From Trichoplax adhaerens (lineage: Eukaryota > Animalia > Placozoa), in assembly GCF_000150275.1 (NCBI RefSeq), contig NW_002060966.1, forward strand, positions 1 to 12,770: DNA of 12,770 nucleotides. The letters run 5' to 3'. The notes beneath the pieces were generated by a model. That model saw only the letters and a program-made list of their open reading frames with translations. It was not told the origin of the DNA and made no database searches. A program made the position numbers and the translations under genes. Shown here in pieces: positions 1-9,749 of the stretch; the first letter of the stretch is position 1; every line of letters begins with the position of its first letter.

Positions 1-59
1 GGTATTAGCAGTGCATAAAACCATTTTAACCCCTACCTACTGGCGTGGTTCAGATGATT

Positions 60-491
60 ACTGCAGTATTATTGGAAAGAAAATAGTCCACTACACAAGA
101 ATATAGTTTTAAGACATGACAATAGTCTATTGATTTGATAAGCACCGTATGATAAGGTCGAACTTAAAACCAAAATAGAAAATGCATCGAGTATGCTGCT
201 AGTATAACGCTCTAAAACGCAATCGCTTTGCATAACTGCCGTAATATAGTTTACTTAAGATTACTTTGCTTGGGATACTGTATGCTAATGTTAATTTATC
301 TATGGAATTATACATGTTTTCAATAGATAAGCGTATTAGTTTATGATCTTATTAAAGTACTGATGAATAATATTCATGTCGATTAACTTTTCCTTGACTG
401 ATTCAATTTATTTTATTTTATTCAAGGTTAACTATCGTAGAATATATTGATATTTATTCATCTATGACGTTATACATGTTTTTAATATGCT
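60..491 (+). repeat. Copy A of ~430-bp diverged direct repeat
   Basis: Aligns by eye, colinearly, with 11852-12279. Shared block example: agtttatgatcttattaaagtactgatgaataatattcatgtcgatt. Identity is roughly 85% by eye, with mainly transitions. Confidence 0.95.
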
Positions 492-1185
492 CTTACGGAG
501 CTTGATGCTCCTTGCATATAACTAGTAGTCAATTTACGATAGTAGAATAATTGTATTGATATACTGAATTAATAAAATCTTAATTACTATTTACCAAGGC
601 TAATGCCACAATTAATTGATGGAGTCTATTCTCCGTCACAGGTATATAATAATCTATATACGTTCTTGAATATTAATTCACAGCATCTAACGCTAAAACT
701 AACTGCAGAAATATCTGANATCTGAGAGGGATTCATAAGCCCCTGTTAATTGTATGTAGCTTTTAATTATCGAGCATTTGCTTAAAATGGGTGGATTGGT
801 TATCTCGTAAAGAAAATTGCTATTAATAAATTCAGTTGCCTTAACATAGAGACTGAAAATACTGGGAAGGGTAACCCAATAACTAAAACTTCACCAAACT
901 TCTTTGTGAATCTTTGCCACAGGTAACGGCCGTAATAGCAATATCAGTATAATAATTCGTTAATTACTATTCCATTGCAACACAAGCAGTATGCGTAGTT
1001 TTATTTTTATTAATAGCTAGTCAATAGTCAATTAACAGATAGGCTTTGGTATTTGTTGGCGATTAAAATCATTATTGAGAAGAATTTGTTTCTCTTGGTA
1101 TGCCGGTACAGAGCGTAGCATTACAACTAAGGTATATTCGTTTCGGACATTTTATAACGTGATTGCTGTCTACGACATAATTATT

Positions 1186-2070
1186 CTAATCATCATGGCT
1201 ATCAACTGATTCAACAGTTAAAACCTTTGAGCTATGTACTCTCCAAAGCCTCTTTTGGCCCTGTTTCTGTGGCTTGTTAGTAAAGCTAGTCGATTTGTTT
1301 ATTGGATGAATGAATAGTCCTTTAAATACTGTTGTACTTGTTATAGTATACAAGAATGGGTTAAGAGCAGAGTTGATTGGTAAAGCAAAACTCCCAACAA
1401 ATTGCAATGTGATAATATCGACACCTTTGCTGGTAACGAAACCAAAATTATTAACTACATAATAAAGTAGCCAACTAATTAAATCGGTCAGCAGTATGAT
1501 AGAGAGGCGTATTGCCAGTACTTTATTTTCATTAGTTACTGATCGTCTAGCGGCCTTTTGAGTGTTGCGTATGAAGATAAATGCTGCAATATAAAGTGAG
1601 CAAGTAATAATCCAGGCAATAATTATGATGACTATATAAGTTATCATCCAAAGACGGTACGAAGGGTTTTCATAATTACTAGGCGTACACATGCTATTAT
1701 AGGTATATAGTCTTAGGTGGCCGGGTTGATTGATACTGTATAGCGCGGAGATAAGGACAAATAAGAAGCTTGCTAGCCATGTTGAACTTGTTATTGCTCG
1801 AGTAGCAGCCATGCTCAATTGTTTTCTTTTGTTCGAATAGATGATAATGATAAACCTATCAATGCTGATAATCACCATTAAAAATACTGACACTAAACTT
1901 GAGGTAGTCACCAAAATACAAGGTGGCATACATAAAGGATTTTCCAGCCAATCCTCAGATCGTTGGCCGTACTGATCTTGACTGCTATATACTGAATTAG
2001 CAAAGGCTATGATGAATAAATAAATTGACATGATGAAATCGGATACAGCCAGATTATTGATTAAGAGTAT
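1186..2070 (-). CDS. 3' part of terminal exon: TM2-TM7 and C-tail of class A LGR-type GPCR
   Basis: ORF 1186..2130 from ILLINNLAVSDF onward: ECL1 W..NPLC, SIDRF, ECL2 NSMCTP, TM6 LLTDLISW, TM7 LPINSALNPFLYT, stop TAG at 1188-1186. The first ~20 residues of the supplied ORF come from the insertion and its TSD copy. Confidence 0.92.
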   Translation of the reverse strand: MLLINNLAVSDFIMSIYLFIIAFANSVYSSQDQYGQRSEDWLENPLCMPPCILVTTSSLVSVFLMVIISIDRFIIIIYSNKRKQLSMAATRAITSSTWLASFLFVLISALYSINQPGHLRLYTYNSMCTPSNYENPSYRLWMITYIVIIIIAWIITCSLYIAAFIFIRNTQKAARRSVTNENKVLAIRLSIILLTDLISWLLYYVVNNFGFVTSKGVDIITLQFVGSFALPINSALNPFLYTITSTTVFKGLFIHPINKSTSFTNKPQKQGQKRLWRVHSSKVLTVESVDSHDD

Positions 2071-2075
2071 ATAGG

Positions 2076-2592
2076 TATCACAAACCAGCGTTGCGACAAG
2101 TAAAACTGTTACTAAACACAAATTGCTCAACGCAATGTAATAGTAAACTTTATATTGAGAGTTCGAAATCCGCTACTAAGAACATCTGAACATCTGAAAT
2201 TAAGGAGCTACTTATATACTGTGCCTGTTTACAACAGAAGGTTAATAAACAAAAACGTTACTTATTACTGGAAAGGTATCAGTATGAAATTAAATATCTA
2301 GGATGACTATGACTTCTCGCGGAGTCACGATCAATGTATTTATCTCATCTAAATACAGCATATTATTATCATGATTTATTACTTTAGTCACATTGCTATA
2401 TTAATGATGTTACACCTAATCTGATACAATTATAGCTACAATAACCATGTAGATAACAACATGTAAACATGTAATTCAAGTATAAATTACATAGCCCGCA
2501 TGCGTACTTTCATTAGCAAGATGCGAGGCTAACGAACACATCTACAACATTTATTGCTAAACTAGCTCACGGTGATATTAAGAACCGTGACA
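2076..2592. mobile_element. 517-bp solo-LTR-like insertion with 5-bp TSD
   Basis: Flanked by ATAGG at 2071-2075 and 2593-2597. Termini tatcac...gtgaca are a TGTCAC/GTGACA inverted pair with one mismatch. Excising the element plus one TSD copy rejoins ...REKAY|ILLINNLAVSD in frame. Confidence 0.8.
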
Positions 2593-2809
2593 ATAGGCTT
2601 TTTCACGTGTATCTTTGGTGTAATGATTACATAAAATAACCATAATGTCATCGAAAAAGGCTAGACAGCCCACAACCCAGGCAAAAGATTGTAATGAAAT
2701 ATGAACAAGAAGATGTCGGCAAGATGATAAAGTATCGGACATCATCAATGGCTCACAGGTTACAATTTTAGCAGGTATCATGCAGCAAAAGTAAGGACGG
2801 TTTGTTAAC
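2593..2809 (-). CDS. 5' part of terminal exon: cysteine-rich hinge + TM1 + ICL1 (LTNRPYFCCMIPAKIVTCEPLMMSDTLSSCRHLL...FAWVVGCLAFFDDIMVILCNHYTKDTREKAY)
   Basis: Acceptor aatatattaatag at 2810, in phase with the upstream exon. Short hinge motif typical of RXFP/GRL101-type LGRs. Corresponds to part of ORF 2578..2871. Confidence 0.88.
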
Positions 2810-2923
2810 CTATTAATATATTTTACAGGGAGACAGAAAGAATAGTGAATTCGAGTCATAAAATAATGCAAATATGCAGACGGAAAGTAGAATAGCTGAT
2901 AAAATACTACTGAATTGACTTAC

Positions 2924-2995
2924 GTTTCCACCAACTGAGGCAGACCGAAAAGAGATTCTCGAGATATATAAACTAATAAATTCATTCGTAGATCT
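2924..2995 (-). CDS. LRR exon (72 nt): DLRMNLLVYISRESLFGLPQLVE(T)
   Basis: Acceptor cacattcattag, donor AC|gtaagt, 72 nt in phase 2. Confidence 0.88.
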
Positions 2996-3608
2996 CTAAT
3001 GAATGTGCAGCAGATTATAAGATGCCGTAATTGCAATACTTAGTAGTATGAGGTATTAAAAGGCAAATAATATATGTACTAATGAAAGCAATCGCTATTT
3101 ACAGTAGCATATTATCAGAAATAAGCAAAATCAAACTGAGATTCTAATCCCTGATAATGAAACAGTAAATTTTCACCGCACTTTTTAAACTAACGCTAAC
3201 GTAGTATTCTTCGCGGGAAATCTAGTCGTTGCTTGCTTAGGGTAATAAAAAATCGGATCACTTAACTAAAATGCATTGCTAGTAGATTGGCAGCAGAATA
3301 ATATATTTCTGGATTGCTGCCGTATTAACATTATGCACGAGCAAATCTTGTATTCGAAAGAGGTTAAAAGATCAATATGGAATAAACAAAGTCAAGAAAG
3401 GAAAGATAAACTGGCTTTACGTAGTTAATGCTAATTGTTCTGTAATTCTTCTTGAAGTAAAACATTAATAAAATTTAATTTATAACATAGACCGAACTTA
3501 TTTATGCACCAAAGTATAGATGTAAATTTAATCACGTTTTCGTATAGGTAATGGAGATAATGCGTATTTTACAGCTACAGTAAATTATATTAATCTACTC
3601 TTACATAC

Positions 3609-3681
3609 AATTTTTTGCAAATTTGATAATCCTTTAAAATATCTTTCCTTGAGTTTATCGATATTATTTCCACTTGTATCG
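3609..3681 (-). pseudogene. LRR exon DTSGNNIDKLKERYFKGLSNLQK, 73 nt (+1 frameshift)
   Basis: Acceptor gatttataaag, canonical LRR sequence, donor TT|gtatgt at 3608. It is one base longer than 72 because of an A6 run in the coding strand. Confidence 0.8.
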
Positions 3682-3777
3682 CTTTATAAATCAGTATATT
3701 ATTGTATAACATGTTCTTAGTGACATATATTACACATCTAAACTTATGAAATAGCGAGACCGATAATATTGACTCTC

Positions 3778-3858
3778 CTTTCTCTTATATTGGGAAATAG
3801 TTCAACAATGTCTAGATCTGCACCACGTATTTCCACGATTTGATTACCGGAAATATTT
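3778..3858 (-). pseudogene. LRR exon (81 nt) NISGNQIVEIRGADLDIVELFPNIRE with defective donor
   Basis: Acceptor ttttatgaatcag, LRR motif NISGNQI. The phase-2 position is followed by gagagt instead of gtgagt. Confidence 0.7.
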
Positions 3859-4025
3859 CTGATTCATAAAAGTACGCGAATATACAATGATAGATCCATT
3901 ATTGTTAATAATTCAATAGGTTTAACTTTAATTTTATAATCTTGCTATGGCAAAGGAACAGACTTAGTATGTTATTTAATATCTGCAGTAGAATCAATTT
4001 TAAATTACCCTACTAATGCACTTAC

Positions 4026-4068
4026 AACTTTTTCAGGTATACGCATCGAATTAAAAGCATAGTATCCG
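4026..4068 (-). pseudogene. Truncated, frameshifted 3' half of an LRR exon (GYYAFNSMR / YLKKL|gtaagt)
   Basis: A second TT|gtaagt donor at 4025 lies only 53 nt after the previous donor, with no polypyrimidine acceptor in between. The preceding bases read as an LRR C-half with a 1-nt shift. Confidence 0.55.
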
Positions 4069-4078
4069 AAAAACTTAC

Positions 4079-4150
4079 AACATTTGTAGCTGTTTGAGGC
4101 TGCAAAATGTATTATTTTCTATCGCAACTAGTTTATTAGCAGAGGCGCGG
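4079..4150 (-). CDS. LRR exon (72 nt): RASANKLVAIENNTFCSLKQLQM(L)
   Basis: Acceptor tataatatag, donor TT|gtaagt, 72 nt, pattern NxLxxIxxxxFxxLxxLxxL. Confidence 0.88.
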
Positions 4151-5199
4151 CTATATTATAGCAGATAAGATACGTCAAATTAGTTCCGATATTAAAGACC
4201 TAATGAACTATGATATTATTTATTTACATTAACCATATGATCATAACAGGATATCACATCTTACAAATTTGTAAAAAAAAATATTGCAGAGCCTTTAAAA
4301 AATGACTAAAATAAAAGTAAACTCATTATTAATCTTGCTATATTGTATCGGTCACATAAGGATACAATATTCGAAATGTAGAGATCATTCATGTTATTTA
4401 AGATGCAATACGTCACAGATCAGAGATCAGTAAGACTTATGATAGCGTTTATAAATAAGATAGGATTATTTTTTCGAAATAAATAACATCAATAGATCTA
4501 ATATGCTACTAAGTATACTAGATGTTGATTGTGTGAGTCATCTAACCAAATTAGTATTGATTAATTTGATATTTTTTATGAAAGCTACTCTTTTTGGACC
4601 TGCATTCATCAATTTAAATGAGTAAACTTGAAAATAGAAATTGTTGGTGAGGACGTAACTTCATATAATTACTGCCTTGTGTTTGTTAAGTTAAAAAATA
4701 AATATACTACCATATTTAACATTAGGTTTCGATTGTGAGTAATGAGCACGAACTTCTAAATAATTTTGGCATAAACTGCCATGAAATGCTCATTTAACGT
4801 TTTGACTGAAAGCATATTGGCGTAAATAAATGATTCAAGAAATTCCATTCAAAAAACATTTTCGTATCTTATATCAAGGCTTAAAGAATAGAATTCAGCC
4901 CTTTTAAAAGGAAGAATATGTTCTTACAGTTTAACATTGTTGATTAATTTAAAAAATAATCATTTATGACAGCATCTTAGGCAGATCCTATTACTGCAGC
5001 CTAGCTGATTCTTTAGGAACTAATCGCCGACGCAAACTACTCTGTGTGATTCTAATATAATTACAAGATACTAATGAATTCTCTTGGCCTCTTTACGATA
5101 CAACGGTATGGGTAAAGAAGGCTATAGTAGTCTAAAACCTCCTTCTATTTTAAAATACTTGGCGATAAGGTTACGAAACTACGAAGTATGTATACTTAC

Positions 5200-5271
5200 A
5201 AAACGACCAATTCTGGATAATAAATAAAGCTTCTTGCTCTAATTCTCCTAATGCTTGTGTTGTTGATTATC
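5200..5271 (-). CDS. LRR exon (72 nt): (L)IINNTSIRRIRARSFIYYPELVV
   Basis: Acceptor ttcttcacatag, donor TT|gtaagt, exactly 72 nt in phase 2, LRR-like hydrophobic spacing. Confidence 0.85.
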
Positions 5272-5819
5272 CTATGTGAAGAAAGCTAAGCTATTAGGGT
5301 TAATAGGATGATCGATGGCACAAAATTCATTTAATGCTATAACATGCGAATTGTAATAATGACGAGAAATATCGGATGTATGGTTGAAATAAGTATTAAA
5401 CAGTAGGTCTAGTGATGAAAATTTTACATCATTTCTCTTGCGAATCTTAAAGATTTTGTAATATTCTTGAAAAATACTAGCGGCTTTAATTATCACTTCA
5501 TATAGCGTAAAATAGGTAAGCATTTTGGTGCTAGTTGATAACATTCTGGTAGATCGCATACTACTGGCTAACGTGACTACTGCTGCAGACTTCTGCACCA
5601 GCTACAGTAACATTGAACTTTCTTCTTTACAAACGAGTAGCATGGCAATAAACATATACATCGATCGACGTACTAGTAGACAATTTTTGATTGCATATAA
5701 TTATTAGAATTCTATTTTCTAGAGTATGTTTTGATCGTGCTAAAATACTGTCATCAGTAAATTGACGTTAGACATTGAGCAATCAAAAAACGGAAATTAT
5801 TTGTTGGTGTAATACTAAC

Positions 5820-5940
5820 AGTGAAGTCACATATCTAACGTCCGTGTAATTAATGTTGGGCAATTCAATTAAGTCACTACTGGAGCAATTGATAGACAAA
5901 GTGCTGCAGTTACAAAAGCTTGGAAAGCCGCTGCTTGTTT
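5820..5940 (-). CDS. LGR exon 2, LRR N-terminal cap (LRRNT): ETSSGFPSFCNCSTLSINCSSSDLIELPNINYTDVRYVTSL
   Basis: Acceptor ttctctacag, 121 nt (phase 1 to phase 2), donor CT|gttagt. Matches the LRRNT pattern (C)PxxCxCxxxxIxCxxxxLxxLP. This frame differs from the supplied ORF 5869..6141. Confidence 0.85.
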
Positions 5941-6026
5941 CTGTAGAGAAGGTAACAAATTTCTTAGGTTATTTAGCAAGTAAAATAAATAAATAGAATT
6001 GTAGCACTTGCTATCGATTACTATAC

Positions 6027-6120
6027 CAGTACTTTCACAGCGACAAGTTGCTAAAAGCCAAATAAAGGCTATAAAGTGGATACAAAGGATCCAATGTTTT
6101 AGATTGTTGTTGCTTTTCAT
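6027..6120 (-). CDS. LGR exon 1, signal peptide MKSNNNLKHWILCIHFIAFIWLLATCRCEST
   Basis: ATG at 6120-6118, hydrophobic core followed by small residues, phase-1 donor G|gtatag at 6026. The 86-nt intron ends in ccttctctacag at 5941. Confidence 0.75.
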
Positions 6121-6180
6121 GTCCGATATTAATGATGCCAATGATTAATTTTTATAATGTAATTAAAAGAATGCCAACCT

Positions 6181-6323
6181 AATCAAAAAGATTAAGAAGA
6201 AGAAGGTTTACAAATTTAAGAAAGCATCTTTGAAAGTATTTTAACAAGAAAGAGAAAGCAACCTCATCGCTATAGTGTTAAAGTTGATTACTTAAAATTT
6301 GTGGGTGTTCTTTTGAGCTGTCA
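6181..6323 (+). repeat. Upstream module copy 1 (~140 bp)
   Basis: tcaaaaagattaag...caagaaag...ctcatcgctatagtgttaaagttgattacttaaa...gctgtca, homologous to 6360-6497 and 7421-7558. Confidence 0.8.
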
Positions 6324-6359
6324 TTTAGCTACCGCATATTAATTAATTTACCTCACTGT

Positions 6360-6710
6360 AGTCAAAAGGATTAAGTTGAAGCTTCATGAATTAAAATTAA
6401 ACATTTCGCAATATTTTTACAAGAAAGGCTAAGCAATCTCATGGCTACAGTGTTTAAGTTGAATACTAAAACTTATAGTTATTCTTGTAAGTTGTCACCG
6501 CGGATATGGAGCCCATGATTTGGTAATGTTTTCAGATTAGTTAATCGCAAATAATTTGATTATCACTTTTCTCAGTTGATTTTAGTAGATATTCCTTACG
6601 TCTGCTAATTATGTCATCTTCCCACGACAAATTTAATTTTGCGTTACATTCAGAATAGGACTATTGTCATTCCTTGTGGATATGAAATGATCAAGGAGCT
6701 TTTTTGTCAC
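6360..6710 (+). repeat. Upstream module copy 2 (~350 bp)
   Basis: Colinear similarity to 7421-7775, including tgatttggt...gttttcag.ttagtt and tatgaaatgatca.g.a.ctttttt. Confidence 0.8.
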
Positions 6711-7285
6711 GGTATGAACCATCATGAAGAGTAAATGACTAAATTTAGTGTTTGGCATTTATATATGGAGATAACTAGAAATGACTTACAGTAAGAACTA
6801 CAGTAGTTATTATTTTGTTACAGTAAATTATGTTGTATTGTAGTAAGAGTTCTCAGAAGATAATTAACATTAATTGATGATAGTGTTATGTCTTGTAACG
6901 CTTGTGATAAAGATCCTGAAGATATTCAATTATAGATGATACTATAAATAATTCTGTGTGTGGATATGCTGTAGTCTAATTATCCTTTATCTAGAATCGT
7001 TCAGTAAAAGTCCAAAATTATGAATAATGTCCGTATTAATTTAGCTATCCAATATGAGCTAAATTTCGTGAACTGTTATGACTCATACATGATGGCGCTG
7101 TCGAAAGGTATTTAAGCTCGGCAAATAGTTGAATAAAAGAAGAGTTTTATAGATGATGTAATGTAGAAGCAAAGACGTCTAAATTCTTTTGAGGTAGTTA
7201 AGGGATACTGAATTTCAGAGACTACAGTAATTTAGAGATTTGTTTTACGTTATCTTTGTCCCGAAGTTTGTTTTGTGACAAATTT

Positions 7286-7866
7286 ACATAGAAATGCCTG
7301 AAATTTTTATTACCAAAATAGGAGTCCAGTAAAATTGTTAGATTAGGCTACTGTAATTTGAAGGCGTAAAGTGTATAACAGAGATTAATGTCGAAAATAT
7401 AATTGACAAAGCTCCAAGAAAGTCAAAAAGATTGAGTCAAAGGTTCACGAATTAAGATTGAATCATTAACAGTATTTTGATAAGAAAGATAAATCGATTT
7501 CATGGCCATAGTGTTAAAGTTAATTACTTAAATTTATAATTATTCTTTAAAGCTGTCATGCATTCTATAGAACCCGTGATTTGGTGCCGTTTTCAGTTTA
7601 GTTTATCTACAAGAGTTTTATTACTATCTTTCTAAGATAGCTTTGATTGATGTTTGCCCCCGTGACGTTAGGTAATAATGCCAAGTTCTGACAACAAATA
7701 TGATTTTAACGGTATATTCAGAACAGAGCTAGCAGTAGTTTTTGCAAGCTATGAAATGATCATGAAACTTTTTTACATATTGTATAGGTATGTCTAAGAT
7801 TTTTTTTGTTCAAGTAGGAGTACTTGAAAGCCATTGTATTAGGCTAACATAATTGAAAGGCGAAAA
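7286..7866 (+). repeat. Pair of ~85-bp diverged direct repeats (7286-7370 and 7782-7866) flanking module copy 3
   Basis: Shared taggagt...attaggcta...taatt.gaaggcg.aaa-like sequence in both copies. Confidence 0.65.
7421..7775 (+). repeat. Upstream module copy 3 (~350 bp)
   Basis: Homologous to 6360-6710. Its first ~140 bp is also homologous to 6181-6323. Confidence 0.8.
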
Positions 7867-8369
7867 AAACCTGTTGCTACGGCCATACAAGAGGTCAAGT
7901 TTTTGTATTTATTCAGTCAATTTATTTCAGTGATTAAATATTGACCGTAATGGATCGATGAAAGGTATAAAGAAAGATGACAAGATAGTCTTTTAAGAGT
8001 TTATCGAAGAAAATACAATTCGAAATTAGGTAATAATCAAGTGTGAATACACCACTGTAAATGACTTGATAAAAGCTCTTATAGTAACTGTATTTATACA
8101 GGTGGTCTTAAGCCAATTAAATTTTTGTTATATCTTCTAGACATGCAGGCAGCTTATTCTGGTGTAGTAATGTTAATATCTGCGGTAATATCAAATATAG
8201 TCAAGTCCGAAATGAAATGATTGATAAGTAATAAAATTCGCAGCTAAAAAACGCTTATAACTTCTAGTCTTCAAAAGGCTTATTACATCGAATAAGATGG
8301 GTAGTGAAATCAGAAGACTTTCCCAAAAGATCTATCTCACGAGTTAAACTTCAATTGTATGCTAGATAT

Positions 8370-8419
8370 NNNNNNNNNNNNNNNNNNNNNNNNNNNNNNN
8401 NNNNNNNNNNNNNNNNNNN
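8370..8419. other. Assembly gap (50 N)
   Basis: Run of 50 N. The round number suggests a placeholder of unknown true size. Confidence 0.98.
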
Positions 8420-9749
8420 TTATTGTTACGATGTCATGTCATTATCATGATAATTTGCTAGTCAGTTTGTAATTATTTCTGACAATTGTATTAAATTCTA
8501 ACTCTTATGTATTCTATCAAAAACTTGTTTACTTCGTCTAGATAATTAGCGTTACAATAATAAATTAATGATGAAGGATATATTTAAAAAGTACGTTCTA
8601 CTGTTGAGAGTGAGATATTTGTCACCCATTTTATAGATCGAAAGAATAAAACCATATTATGCCTAATGGATTGATTAGCTGTCTTCACTTTGAAAGTACG
8701 GTAAATTATCATGAAATCATATTGTTTGAAAGGAAATTTTATCGAGGAAACGGCTCACCGTTAATTCGATATCTAGTAGTATTTAAAGGGTCTCTATCGA
8801 GTTATTTTCAATTTTTTCAATTTTATTTTCTATTTAGATTACAACAATAACCTATCGTTGTAACGCTACCCGGAAATAGAAGCGTCGTTACTTGTTCAGA
8901 TTACTTAATAAGTAAATACAACGAGTTAAGCTCGCTGCTTAGCGGATACAATACAAGTACTAATTTTGGCTTAAAAGCTATAATTATTGAGATGTAGATA
9001 TAGATCAAATTTCGAATGCATTACGGTTTTTCTTATATGGTGCTCGACAAACGAGTTATCTTTGTGATTGGGGTGACATGCAACCGACAGTATAGCATTT
9101 ACAATTTTCTATTCTTAAATTTTGCTAGTTTAATTCAACCTTTTCATTATTCAAGCACCCGCAAATACATTACATTTGTGTTTTTAAAACATCATATAAA
9201 AACTAGTAAATTAAACAATACTCATAGCACACTAATTGGAATTACTGGAATAATCAATCAAGATTGATTTGTCTCTGTCATGCTAATTGACCGAAAGTAA
9301 ACTTTATCGTTCTACTTTATTCCCAGAACTTTGACTTTTTTTTCAAAACGAATAGCAACGCCTTATTAGCGGCACTAAGAGAACATAATGAATTAAGAAT
9401 TCAATTGTTATCGTAGGGAGCGTAGAATTCAATTTTATAAAAACGAAATCAATTAGGGATGATGAGCTAACCAGCTTTTAGCTTTAACTATATGATAGCT
9501 ATCTATTGATTTGATTTGCTGAGCGAAAATCTAAAGATTAAGGGATCTATCGAGAAAAGGATGGAATAAGTTGTAAGAGATATCCATAAAGTGTTTTCAA
9601 CAGTAAAGATGGCAGCATGAACCGCAATAGGTCAGACACTGAAGGGTAATACAAAATTACGTAATAGTTGCATAATTAATATTTAGAAAAAAATTAGACA
9701 AGATTATCAGCCGATGGTGAATGTTATAAGCATATTGTAATAAGACCTG

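Larger units (their letters stand above)
1186..6120 (-). pseudogene. Multi-exon LRR-containing GPCR (LGR, RXFP/GRL101-like) gene, probably pseudogenised
   Basis: Manual exon reconstruction gives signal peptide, LRRNT, several phase-2 LRR exons, hinge FCC...C.P...D.LSSC..LL and class A 7TM (NLAVSDF, DRF, TD...W, LPINSALNPFLY). Disabling lesions: 517-bp insertion carrying an in-frame stop, mutated donor, frameshifted exons. Confidence 0.85.

Noticed and set aside
67-138. Plus-strand reading YYWKENSPLHKNIVLRHDNSLLI apparently conserved in both repeat copies
   Set aside because: Very short and bounded by stops, with many non-synonymous transitions, so it is consistent with neutral divergence.
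1000-1011. AATAAA on the minus strand ~180 nt past the LGR stop
   Set aside because: A plausible polyA signal, but the hexamer is too common in this AT-rich sequence to support a call.
2071-2130. N-terminus MSNLCLVTVLLVATLVCDT of the 314-aa ORF as a signal peptide or TM1
   Set aside because: It starts at TTG and lies inside the inserted element. The real TM1 is in the 2593-2809 segment.
4600-4880. LRR-like fragments (IIYLRQYAFSQ; SNYMKLRPHQQFLFSSL) on the minus strand
   Set aside because: No consistent splice boundaries and stops are present, so they are too weak to call as exons.
5272-5707. ORFs 5272..5598 (-) and 5525..5707 (+)
   Set aside because: Both lie within LGR intron 2 and have no recognisable motifs. 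The minus ORF's stop coincides with the splice acceptor TAG.
5869-6026. C-terminal part of ORF 5869..6141
   Set aside because: It is intron read-through followed by the wrong frame of the LRRNT exon.
8659-9267. ORFs 8659..8850 and 9016..9267
   Set aside because: Short, F/Y/I/K-rich chance ORFs of AT-rich DNA with no domain or splice support.
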